64,000 nucleotides of DNA. It comes from a virus. A model generated the notes under the pieces. That model was not told the origin of the DNA. It saw nothing but the letters and a program-made list of their open reading frames with translations, and made no database searches. The translations under genes and the position numbers were made by a program. Where the stretch lies: the IMG/VR virus record IMGVR_UViG_3300027586_000002, positions 1 to 64,000 of that record; one strand, written 5' to 3'. Shown here piece by piece: positions 39,549-48,521 of the stretch (within the stretch, counting starts at the first letter, position 1; the number at the start of each line of letters is the position of its first letter).

Positions 39549-40283
39549 ATGTTAAAATTATCAAATAATAGCAAAACCAAATTCAAGTCATGTCATTTAA
39601 ATACCTTCGGTTTGATGTTCGGCCCCGAGGAAGCTGGAGGCACCTGTCCAGGTGCTACCAGCGGGCCAGGTGGATGTATTTCGCTTAAAAAATTAGGCGG
39701 TAAAGTTCGAACTTGCTATATGGATAAGCTTGTAAAGGCTTATCCCGCGCTAGGTAAAGTACTAACACACAATACAGATATCTTAAAAAACAAAACGGTT
39801 GATGAAATGGTAGTAATACTAAGATTGACCGTCTTGCATTTTATAGAAGAGAGTGACAATACAGACCTATATTTCCGTCTGCATTACTCTGGAGATTTTT
39901 TCTCAATCGATTATGCTAAGGCATGGAGTATAGTTATAAAAGAGTTTAAACAGGTACAGTTTTGGGTATACACCCGATCTTTTATAGACGAACTAAATGT
40001 CTTGCCGTTTTTGGTTGATAACGATAATTTGACCCTGTTTCTATCAGTAGATCCTGTTAATAAAGAACTGGGGTTTAAAGCATATGAACCTTACAAAGAT
40101 AAAAAAAATGTAGGGTTAGCTTGGATGGGAAATACGAAACCAGAAAGTTATAGATGGGTTACTTGCCCTGAAACTTCTGGTAAAATAAGTAATAAACCCA
40201 ATATGGGGGCTTGTGGAAAATGCAGGCTGTGTGTTGACAATTACAACCACAAAGTCAAAAATATACAATTTTTGATACATTAA
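39549..40283 (+). CDS. GP88-family (radical-SAM-like) phage protein
   Basis: TCPGAT...C...CY, YFRLHYSGDF, FWVYTRS, LFLSVD, CP...ACGKCRLC. Confidence 0.8.
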   Translation: MLKLSNNSKTKFKSCHLNTFGLMFGPEEAGGTCPGATSGPGGCISLKKLGGKVRTCYMDKLVKAYPALGKVLTHNTDILKNKTVDEMVVILRLTVLHFIEESDNTDLYFRLHYSGDFFSIDYAKAWSIVIKEFKQVQFWVYTRSFIDELNVLPFLVDNDNLTLFLSVDPVNKELGFKAYEPYKDKKNVGLAWMGNTKPESYRWVTCPETSGKISNKPNMGACGKCRLCVDNYNHKVKNIQFLIH

Positions 40284-40304
40284 ATGCCGGTAATAAAATA
40301 GCCT

Positions 40305-41036
40305 ATGAAAACTGTAAAACTCAAAATCTGCAACGAACACGGTGACACCCAAAAAGAAGTCACTCAGACTGCTGCAGTTGAAGAAATCATAAATGAACAT
40401 TTTAAAAATGGACGCTGGGTCTACGTTGGTTCTAACGCAGTAAGCTTTACTGCTTCAAACCCAACAGACAGCAAGTTGGCAGCAGATCGCGCCGAAATTT
40501 CCAAGCTTCTTGACGATATGGAGAACCCGATGGTAATCATGACAGGGGATCTTGTGGGTGGGGCGACTAAAAGCAAGACCAAGTGCAAGTCACGCTCGGC
40601 AACGGCCGAGGGAACAAACGCGAAAAGTCTTAGCTCCGGCCGGTATCCTACCTCCTGCAAAAAAGTTGGTTGTGTAAAAAATGATGCGACTGGTCGGCCT
40701 ATTATTCAATTTGGGTATAAGCCTGCCTATCTTCCAGAAGGATTTGAGACCAAGGACCTTGGGGCAAGCACATCACTAAACTTTGGTTCAGGTTCTTCAG
40801 TGACGTTGACCCGTGGGCCTCTGTCTAAGGTATTCAACTCTCATCGCACACCGCAGCTTGCGGTTAGCGTGCAGATGATTGGCGGACAAGAAACAGTTAA
40901 TGTTATGGTCACCGACTACAAGGGCTCTCTTGCTCGTTTGAAGAGGCACCTTGGCTTCATCTCTGCGTCAATCAATGAGGTGCTAGACGACGAAGTAGTT
41001 ACCCGCGCTTATATGCCTGGCAGCAGGATATTCTAA
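40305..41036 (+). CDS. Ubiquitin-like (beta-grasp) precursor: 86-aa domain ending LVGG plus a C-terminal extension
   Basis: Strand-strand-helix-strand pattern; final strand MVIMTGDLVGG (GG at 40557-40562); low-complexity linker follows; JAB and E1 lie downstream. Confidence 0.6.
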   Translation: MKTVKLKICNEHGDTQKEVTQTAAVEEIINEHFKNGRWVYVGSNAVSFTASNPTDSKLAADRAEISKLLDDMENPMVIMTGDLVGGATKSKTKCKSRSATAEGTNAKSLSSGRYPTSCKKVGCVKNDATGRPIIQFGYKPAYLPEGFETKDLGASTSLNFGSGSSVTLTRGPLSKVFNSHRTPQLAVSVQMIGGQETVNVMVTDYKGSLARLKRHLGFISASINEVLDDEVVTRAYMPGSRIF

Positions 41037-41063
41037 TTGCTTACAGCTGTAAGCTTCAATAAC

Positions 41064-41097
41064 AAAGCCTGCTCAGGTTAACTGAGCAGGCTTTATT
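41064..41097 (+). terminator. Strong hairpin / terminator between the Ubl gene and the rest of the cassette
   Basis: AAAGCCTGCTCAG-GTTAA-CTGAGCAGGCTTT. Confidence 0.75.
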
Positions 41098-41117
41098 TAC
41101 TAGTATTATCTCAAATT

Positions 41118-43100
41118 ATGCAATACACAGAATTTAAAAAATACGCCAAGTTATATGAATCATTACATAAAAATGAGCTCAAGTTTAATATAAATTTTAT
41201 CACTATACCGAGCTACATGATTAGCGAAACGAATAATCCATGTAACACTCTAATGGTTCCGAAGTTTCTTGAAGTAGATAAGCTATCATCTATAGCTGAT
41301 ATATTTCAGAACCTGCACGCCCCTGTACCTAGAAGTTATATGGAGCTAGGCACAGCAGCTAAAAAACTTGTGTGCGGCCTGCCGATGATGACCTCCAATG
41401 CCTCCGCTGAAAAGGTAACTTCTGAACTGGCCAAAAGTCCTAATTCTCCAGTTAAATATTTTTCAGCGGCGCTGGATAAGAAATATCTCAATAACATTAA
41501 TTTATCAAGTTATGGTCTATTTGATTTTAGGCATATCTATTTAATAAAAGCACCTCCATTGGAACAAATGGAAAAGGATAAGACTTACAGGTTGTTAACT
41601 GACTCCGGAAGTAATGTAATAGCCTGTGTAGATCATAGCCATAAGCTCTATAAGTATCTAGATAAAGGGCATGTGCTTGTTTTTGCACCCGACAAAAAAG
41701 CCGAAGTTCCTTATATTGTGACCAATCAGCTTACCTTGGATGTTTGTTGTTTAATTGGGTTATATCAAATTTACTCTGATAAAATATCAGAAGTCTTACA
41801 AGATGGAATATTTCTAAGAGCCGGCGACGCAAGGATTGCTTTATTTAAAGCGGAGAAGGCTTTGCCAGATAGATTCCACACTGAGTATCAAAAGCTTAAA
41901 GCCGGTATACTTAAAGATTTTGAGAACAGTGCTCAAGCTATAACACTTAACAAGCTTCAAAGAGGTGAGTTAACCGATATAGTTCTTAATGACATCAAGA
42001 TTAGAAAAAACAAAGTTGAATACGAAAACGTTTCAATTGAGTCAGACTTGCTAGGAGAAAATGTCTTTAATAAGCTGGATGGTACAGCGCAGTTCAACAT
42101 ATACGACATTCTTACTATCCTTGCCAATGACACTGAAAACTGGCTTGGAACTCGTCCAACAACTAATCATATAGGTGAAAATGGTAGAATGAATCAAGCT
42201 ATGCGCTTTGACAAAAACTATTCCAGGACTATTAAAGTCAATGGAATGGAAATAGTGGCCTCTGTCAAAGATACCTGTTCTGCACGTTATGTTAATGGAA
42301 TAAGAATCAATCATAACGAAATAGCTAGGGTTCTTAACAGGGCTACATGCTATCATGATATTAACCAGTATAATTTGTTTCTAAAAGAAGTGAATAAACT
42401 TTCATTGGCTGCACACGACCTCTTGATAAACGGCCAGACTGTAAAGCTAAACCAATCCGCATATGATGACTACCATGCAGCTAAGGGTGGTGTATCACAG
42501 CCTAAGTTCAAATATAGCAGAGGCAACGATGGTGAATATCTATTACATGTTGGAGACAATGATAAAGTTAAACTACATAGGTTTGTAACTTTCCTTCATG
42601 ACATAGCAGCATTAAACCTCAAAGCTAATAATGGCTATATAGGATATGGTCATCCTGACCAAAATGAGTTTAAACACAGGGATGCAAATTGGTTAAAAGC
42701 CAAAATAACAACTCTTATATTACACCACTCGGTTAAGTCACAAAAAGATAACCCAACTATAAAAATACCTGATTTTAAAGATTACTTTAAATGGATTAAA
42801 GACACCCAGGCTCTAGCCGAACTAAAGGCTAAGAAACTTTTAGAAGACACTATGCTCATGGTTGGTGCAACCCATGCCTATCAGGGAGATATGGAAGGCT
42901 ATGAAGTTAAAGGCAACATTAAAACATATTTTATAGATAAGAAGACTAACCGTGTATTTGATACCAAATCAAAGCAAAACATCTGCATCGTCAATGGCAA
43001 GGCCGAGATGGGAATAGGGGCTGACGCAGTTGTCGCATTACTACTTGCTTTGAAGAATGACAGCAGGAGAGTAGACGCGATACAAACATTGAAATTATGA
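41118..43100 (+). CDS. 660-aa protein of the Ubl cassette; candidate E2-like or target component
   Basis: ATGA-coupled to JAB; C-terminal V.G..TY.I...ICIV...D....LLAL.ND..I domain containing a Cys. Confidence 0.5.
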   Translation: MQYTEFKKYAKLYESLHKNELKFNINFITIPSYMISETNNPCNTLMVPKFLEVDKLSSIADIFQNLHAPVPRSYMELGTAAKKLVCGLPMMTSNASAEKVTSELAKSPNSPVKYFSAALDKKYLNNINLSSYGLFDFRHIYLIKAPPLEQMEKDKTYRLLTDSGSNVIACVDHSHKLYKYLDKGHVLVFAPDKKAEVPYIVTNQLTLDVCCLIGLYQIYSDKISEVLQDGIFLRAGDARIALFKAEKALPDRFHTEYQKLKAGILKDFENSAQAITLNKLQRGELTDIVLNDIKIRKNKVEYENVSIESDLLGENVFNKLDGTAQFNIYDILTILANDTENWLGTRPTTNHIGENGRMNQAMRFDKNYSRTIKVNGMEIVASVKDTCSARYVNGIRINHNEIARVLNRATCYHDINQYNLFLKEVNKLSLAAHDLLINGQTVKLNQSAYDDYHAAKGGVSQPKFKYSRGNDGEYLLHVGDNDKVKLHRFVTFLHDIAALNLKANNGYIGYGHPDQNEFKHRDANWLKAKITTLILHHSVKSQKDNPTIKIPDFKDYFKWIKDTQALAELKAKKLLEDTMLMVGATHAYQGDMEGYEVKGNIKTYFIDKKTNRVFDTKSKQNICIVNGKAEMGIGADAVVALLLALKNDSRRVDAIQTLKL

Positions 43101-43612
43101 CTGAATCATTAAAGCTAGCATTAGACGAAGCCATGGCCTACGCCGCCCCATTTATAGAAATGGAGTGCGGCGGGGTCATACTTAAATCAAAAGAAGCAGA
43201 GGAGTATAAGTTCATCCCACTTCTTAATAAGCATAAAGACACAGCTAAATCAGCCGGGCTTTATGAAGTAGACAGAACAGACTTTGGTAAACAAGTTATA
43301 CCCTTACTAACATCTGGATATAATAACTACGCAAGCTTTCATACACATCCTATTGGGTGTGATACCAATCCAAGCTCCATAGATTTTACAAAACTGTTTA
43401 AAGGATTTCCAACCAATTTTATATTCTCGCCATCAACTAAAGCCTTGAGCCAATATGATTTTGTCCCTGGTACTACCATGGAGGAGATTTTTGGTAGCGG
43501 CAAAGGTGGGGAAAATACCTTATTGTTTGTTGAAAATTTAGAAGATAAGTTAGATGGACCTAAAATTGAATCGGCTTGGAACTTAACTAAACTACGCAAT
43601 GAGCAAACTTAA
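43097..43612 (+). CDS. JAB/MPN+ (JAMM) metalloprotease
   Basis: ECGGVIL ... FHTHP-x-PSSID (E...HxH...SxxD). Confidence 0.88.
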   Translation: MTESLKLALDEAMAYAAPFIEMECGGVILKSKEAEEYKFIPLLNKHKDTAKSAGLYEVDRTDFGKQVIPLLTSGYNNYASFHTHPIGCDTNPSSIDFTKLFKGFPTNFIFSPSTKALSQYDFVPGTTMEEIFGSGKGGENTLLFVENLEDKLDGPKIESAWNLTKLRNEQT

Positions 43613-44192
43613 AATAGCAATAGCTGGAGCAGGAGGCATTGGTGGCTATGTGGCAGGTCAATTATATGAATACGGGCTTAACCGTAGGCAATTTGATTTT
43701 GCTGGCATGGACATAACTGTGTATGACGACGACACAGTTGATGCCTCCAATCTTTTACACCAGAACTTCTCAGAAGCTGATCTGGGGCAAAAAAAAGCGA
43801 AATTGATTGCCGACCGGTATTATCTAACAGCAGAGCTTAACAGAATGACCGTAGAGGACTTTGCTAAGTATGATGTGATATTTTGTTGTGTAGATAATAT
43901 GGTATTCAGGAAAAAGCTTTATGAGTATGGTTGGGCTCACCCTAATAATATTTTCTGGATTGATGGGCGTTGCTCCAGCCGAAATATAGGGTTGTTCAAC
44001 TCACAACTAGGCAGGAATGAACTTTCATCTGAGTTAAATGATAGCGTTGCTTCTGGAGGATGCCTATTGGCTCATGATAAAGAGGCCAAAGTTTCACATG
44101 TTACGCCCTTGACAATCGCCAGCATGATGACGCAAGCTTTCTTGAATTACTTGCGTAAGGAAGGTACTGGCAAAGTAAAATTATATCTATAA
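43599..44192 (+). CDS. ThiF/E1 adenylyltransferase
   Basis: IAGAGGIGG, YDDDTV..SNL.HQ, DLG.KKA, CCVDN..FR, IDGR, GGCL. Confidence 0.9.
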   Translation: MSKLKIAIAGAGGIGGYVAGQLYEYGLNRRQFDFAGMDITVYDDDTVDASNLLHQNFSEADLGQKKAKLIADRYYLTAELNRMTVEDFAKYDVIFCCVDNMVFRKKLYEYGWAHPNNIFWIDGRCSSRNIGLFNSQLGRNELSSELNDSVASGGCLLAHDKEAKVSHVTPLTIASMMTQAFLNYLRKEGTGKVKLYL

Positions 44193-44476
44193 TGATTGGA
44201 ACATTGGCTAGTAACAACAAAGCCATTTTAGAGAAGATCTTGATGAAAAAGTTGAGCCTTATAGCGAAAGCTGTGGGGCTCAACCTTCCAGAATGGGATA
44301 TTGATAAATCTCTTTATCTTGCAATAAGAAAGTCTAATAAGTTGACTAGTGCTGCAATAACGTGTATTGAATACAGTGCAATTATTGAAGCCGCAACATT
44401 GATGAAATTAAAAATAAATCCGAACTTTTACTGGTTTAACAATCTAGAACAGTTCAATAACACAAAAAATAAATAA
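44192..44476 (+). CDS. Hypothetical protein coupled to E1
   Basis: TAATG overlap; 94 aa. Confidence 0.5.
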   Translation: MIGTLASNNKAILEKILMKKLSLIAKAVGLNLPEWDIDKSLYLAIRKSNKLTSAAITCIEYSAIIEAATLMKLKINPNFYWFNNLEQFNNTKNK

Positions 44477-44477
44477 T

Positions 44478-45482
44478 ATGGCAATAATTAAACCGTCTTT
44501 GAATTTCGAGGGCAGCGATCTATCCAGCTTCAATGCTGGCTCAATTGTAAGATCTGACGTCCCGACCATAGACTTTAAAACAGAGAAAGCCAAGCAAGGG
44601 CTGTATCTCTATATTCTTCCACCTTATAAATTAGACGCTGCTGGGAATGGCGTATGGTTTAAAGTGGTAAAAATTCGTGATAACTTTGGTATTGATATCA
44701 AAGAGAAATTCCCAGTTCAGAAAAACTGCCCTGTTGAGTTCTTTGAAAATAAGGTAAAGTTACTTTTCCCAGATTATGCAAGAGTCGACAAGATCGTCAA
44801 AGATGGTCGCGATATCAAGCAGTATCCTTCGTATGGTAGAACGACGAAGAGAGTTATATTCAACGCAGCATATTATGACGCGTTTGAAAAGGGCGCTCAC
44901 GTTTTGGATATACCGCAATCAGGTGCGGCTGAAGTTATCGACAATTTTCACCGCAGAGTGGGTCCGAGTGGTAAGCTAACCCAAATGGTGAATGATCCCA
45001 GTGGTGCTGCTGCGTTGTTCTTCAGGTTGAAGCCGGCTGCGGAGAGCAAGGGCAATCCGTGGGAAGTAATCATCCAGTCCAATGAGCGTTCAGCTTTACC
45101 AACTGAGTTGTCAGACAGCGAATACCTACATGACCTTGATGATGTACTAGTTAAGAAGAATACTGATGAGCTTATAGAAAAACTCAGAATGTATACTCCT
45201 AATGAGATATTTGAAGCCTGCCTGAAGGGGTACAGTAAGGACTTTGTCACCAAGACAGCCATGACGTCATCGCCTAGCTGCGCGCTCCCGCCTGTATTAG
45301 AAACCTTGGCTACAAAGCCAGCTCCAGTCGGTCTCAACATACCTAAGATCAGGCGCAATGACCCCGCTCCAGTAGCACAAGAAGAAGCAGTTGAGCAGGA
45401 AGTCGTTATACCGCCGGCGTGGGCGAACACCGGCCCGGCAAGCAGGAAAGCAGCAGTTGATTTCTTGAATAAGAAAGTTTAA
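44478..45482 (+). CDS. Probable single-stranded DNA-binding protein (gp32-like)
   Basis: YILPP, CP.E, FN, DP..G, L..L.DL pattern with a disordered tail; directly upstream of recA. Confidence 0.55.
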   Translation: MAIIKPSLNFEGSDLSSFNAGSIVRSDVPTIDFKTEKAKQGLYLYILPPYKLDAAGNGVWFKVVKIRDNFGIDIKEKFPVQKNCPVEFFENKVKLLFPDYARVDKIVKDGRDIKQYPSYGRTTKRVIFNAAYYDAFEKGAHVLDIPQSGAAEVIDNFHRRVGPSGKLTQMVNDPSGAAALFFRLKPAAESKGNPWEVIIQSNERSALPTELSDSEYLHDLDDVLVKKNTDELIEKLRMYTPNEIFEACLKGYSKDFVTKTAMTSSPSCALPPVLETLATKPAPVGLNIPKIRRNDPAPVAQEEAVEQEVVIPPAWANTGPASRKAAVDFLNKKV

Positions 45483-45529
45483 CACTATTAATAAGATTGG
45501 CTGCCGCATAGGCAGCCAATCATCAATAT

Positions 45530-46744
45530 ATGCCAATAGAAGAACTTATATCGTTAACAAAAAAGCAATTCGAAAAACAGAACAAGGACTCGGAGATGCA
45601 GTTCCTTTATGCCAAGGATGAACCTCCGGCATCAGGGCTGGTGATTGATAACCCACAACTAGAGTATATACTTGATAGACGGTTTCTGGCTTACGGTAGA
45701 TGCTACTTGTTCTATGGTAAAAAAGGTGCATCTAAAACCAGCTTGTTCTTAGATATAGCTAAAGCTTTTCAAAAACAAGGTGGTGATGTTATATGGATAG
45801 AAACAGAACATGCCATTGACCTTGATTTTGCCAAGAAACAGGGAGTCAATTTAGACAAGTTAGTATTGCTTCATCCTTCATCATTGGAAGAAGCTTTAAG
45901 CTTGGCTGAACAGATTGTTAGAAACATGCCTAAGGCTTATCCTGATGGCAATACACCGGTACTCATATGTCTGGACTCAATAGCTGGGTCAGTTACTGAG
46001 TATGAGGTAGATACATCACACAGCGTAAGAGACGTAAAACCAGGTGAGCATGCCAGGCTATTAAGCAGGTTCTATCGTGAGTTTGAAAGACCGCTTGCAA
46101 AGGAGCGTTGTATATTCTTAGCCCTAAACCAGCTTAAAGTATCTATAGGTGGCTTTGGAGGGTTTGGTGAAGAACCACCGGAATCCATGATTGGTGGCGA
46201 GGCTCCTAGATTTCATTCTACTTACCAGCTTAAGATAGTTAGGACTAAAGATCTGACTTACGAAACTGACAAGCATGAAAAGATTAAGATAGGTTCAAGA
46301 CACCAGATTACCTGCAAGCGTAACAAGCTTGGTAAAGAAGGTAATTCACAGAATGTAGAATTCGATTTGTATATCGACGGCGGCATTGACTGGTACGGTC
46401 CATTGGTTCGAAGAACAGCTAAATTCTATCCTGAAGTTATTAGTTCAGGAGGGGCAGGCTGGTATAATTGGAATGTACCGAACATTCATTATACTACTGG
46501 TGAAGGCGGCAACGAGCTTATATCCACAGAAGATAACTATAGAGAGCCAGACTTAGCCAGACTTATTAGCTCCAGCCCAGAAGCTAAGGAAGTTATTAGA
46601 AAGTGTTTAAAGATACCTGATCTACCTCCAGAGAAAGTAATCGCTCAGTTAGAAGTCGCCAGGTTGTCGAAAAGAAAAACCAAGAAAAGTCTTGAAGAAG
46701 AACCTGGAGTATCTAGACTAGTCGAGGAAGATCCAAGTGAATAA
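45530..46744 (+). CDS. recA: RecA/UvsX recombinase
   Basis: YGKKGASKT, WIETEHAID, LDSIAG, HARLLS, LNQLK, GGEA..F, KRNK. Confidence 0.92.
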   Translation: MPIEELISLTKKQFEKQNKDSEMQFLYAKDEPPASGLVIDNPQLEYILDRRFLAYGRCYLFYGKKGASKTSLFLDIAKAFQKQGGDVIWIETEHAIDLDFAKKQGVNLDKLVLLHPSSLEEALSLAEQIVRNMPKAYPDGNTPVLICLDSIAGSVTEYEVDTSHSVRDVKPGEHARLLSRFYREFERPLAKERCIFLALNQLKVSIGGFGGFGEEPPESMIGGEAPRFHSTYQLKIVRTKDLTYETDKHEKIKIGSRHQITCKRNKLGKEGNSQNVEFDLYIDGGIDWYGPLVRRTAKFYPEVISSGGAGWYNWNVPNIHYTTGEGGNELISTEDNYREPDLARLISSSPEAKEVIRKCLKIPDLPPEKVIAQLEVARLSKRKTKKSLEEEPGVSRLVEEDPSE

Positions 46745-46747
46745 CTT

Positions 46748-47149
46748 ATGGGTAAACTAGGACCAACAGGATTTAGCCATCCAACTAAAACATTTAAAGA
46801 TAACTATGCAAATATCTTTGGTAAACAAGTTAAAACTATGAACAAAGTTAAGAAAGAACCAGCAGTACGCAAGACCAAACGTACAGTTGTTGAGCAATCA
46901 AAGCCCAGCAAAAGCAAAAGCATGAAAGACTCGATGGTAGCAGAGCGCGTCGTGGCTGAAAAAGTTAATTCAGCCTTGAAGCAGCGTCTCACCCCGGAGG
47001 TTATTCAAATGAGCAAGCTGACTGAAGAGCAACAGCGCAAGCTTATATTTGATACTTTTCCAGGTGACGAGCTTGGTTTGACAACAGGAAAAGTACATCA
47101 TGACGCCTACGATGCCATGAAGCCAGTCCCTGACTCAACCAAGGGCTAA
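46748..47149 (+). CDS. Hypothetical protein
   Basis: 133-aa ORF; FKDNYANIFG motif. Confidence 0.6.
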   Translation: MGKLGPTGFSHPTKTFKDNYANIFGKQVKTMNKVKKEPAVRKTKRTVVEQSKPSKSKSMKDSMVAERVVAEKVNSALKQRLTPEVIQMSKLTEEQQRKLIFDTFPGDELGLTTGKVHHDAYDAMKPVPDSTKG

Positions 47150-47629
47150 ATGAAAACTATAGTTGCTGCAGATAACGGAGTATCAGGGTCCTGGGCCATC
47201 GGCAGAGCTGATGGAACAGTGGAATACTATCCTACTCCAGTTAAGAAGTGCCGCAACTATACCAAGGTCGAAGCTCATTTACAAAGGATAGACGTCGACA
47301 AACTGACGGCTATCCTTTGTAAATTACCTAAAGATACACTGGTTATTCTAGAACGGCCATTAGTCAATCCCGGCAGGTTTAAAGCTACAATATCGGCTGT
47401 AAGATGCCTGGAAGCTACGTTGATAGTTCTAGAGCAACTTAAACTAAATAGCATAACTTATATCGATAGTAGACAATGGCAGGAGTCAATGCTACCAGGT
47501 GTAAAAGGAAGTGACGAATTAAAAGCCGCCTCACTTACTAAAGGTAAAGAGCTTTTTCCTAATTTAGAAATTAAAAAAGACGCCGATGCCTTGTTAATAC
47601 TGGTATGGGCAAGAAAAACAAACTTATAA
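47150..47629 (+). CDS. ruvC: RuvC-like Holliday junction resolvase
   Basis: AADNG.SG, LE.P, WQ, K.AS, DADALLI. Confidence 0.85.
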   Translation: MKTIVAADNGVSGSWAIGRADGTVEYYPTPVKKCRNYTKVEAHLQRIDVDKLTAILCKLPKDTLVILERPLVNPGRFKATISAVRCLEATLIVLEQLKLNSITYIDSRQWQESMLPGVKGSDELKAASLTKGKELFPNLEIKKDADALLILVWARKTNL

Positions 47630-47632
47630 CAT

Positions 47633-48055
47633 ATGCCATCAGTAGTAGAATCAAAAACATTGTTTTATAAAGCAGGCGCAAGTGATAAGTTTTATCACAC
47701 GGAACTCTATAAGGTGTCAGATCAAGAATACTATATATTTGCATTCTATGGTAGAAGACCAATGGGTAGTGTCACACCTAATGTTTCGTTTAGGCTAAAA
47801 AACCACGCGCCGCTAACCAAGCCTGCCGCTTTTCTTGTATATGAGGACTTACTTTATAGTAAGACACAGCACAATTATTATGAATCAGAAGTCCCTCCAC
47901 AAACTAATTTAGAGTACATACATCAAAAGAGCAAACTTATACGCAATGTATGGCTTAATAACGTTGGAATAAGAACAGCAGCCAAGTCCAAAGATGAAAA
48001 ATTAATGGACAAGGTTATTCTTAAAGAAGAACCATTACGTCGAATTCAAATCTAA
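47633..48055 (+). CDS. WGR-domain protein (ends RRIQI)
   Basis: SDKFY...FYGR...K....Y. Confidence 0.75.
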   Translation: MPSVVESKTLFYKAGASDKFYHTELYKVSDQEYYIFAFYGRRPMGSVTPNVSFRLKNHAPLTKPAAFLVYEDLLYSKTQHNYYESEVPPQTNLEYIHQKSKLIRNVWLNNVGIRTAAKSKDEKLMDKVILKEEPLRRIQI

Positions 48056-48056
48056 T

Positions 48057-48521
48057 ATGGTCGTCGAGAACACCGGCACAGCAGAATATATAGTAGTACA
48101 GAAGCTGGCGTCACACTTTAAAGTAAAGAAAGATGAGCTTTACAAGGAAGTCCGACAGCAACAAGAAGAAAGAGGAGACAAGCTGGTATATGCTCCCAGT
48201 TTGTATGAAAAGTACGACTTCTTTTTTAAGCTTAGATGCATACAAGCTCCAAAGTTAAACCTGGAAGACATACTAAACTATAAGAAGTTCATAAAGACAA
48301 AGATATACCAAGACTTTGTACAATATGAGCCAGATGATAAACATTGCTTCGCAATGGCTTTGGTTCTGGTTGGTACAGTATGGCTTATATATAGAAGCAA
48401 AGAAGTTTATGATGGGTCAGGAGCTATCATCCTAAACGACTCTGAAAACTTCTATAATTCCATCCGTATAACGCCTATTCAAAACTACTTGTCAGATGAA
48501 TTCTCACACAAAGAACAATGA
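48057..48521 (+). CDS. Hypothetical protein
   Basis: 154-aa ORF. Confidence 0.55.
   Translation: MVVENTGTAEYIVVQKLASHFKVKKDELYKEVRQQQEERGDKLVYAPSLYEKYDFFFKLRCIQAPKLNLEDILNYKKFIKTKIYQDFVQYEPDDKHCFAMALVLVGTVWLIYRSKEVYDGSGAIILNDSENFYNSIRITPIQNYLSDEFSHKEQ

Noticed and set aside
43599-44192. ThiF as a thiamine or molybdopterin biosynthesis gene
   Set aside because: No thiS/thiG/moaD/moaE context, no zinc-binding CxxC pairs, and it is coupled to a JAB protease.
12425-46470. Other GGTATAAT matches (~12425, 13306, 27037, 46462)
   Set aside because: They are inside coding sequence with no C-rich upstream tract and are expected by chance in AT-rich DNA.
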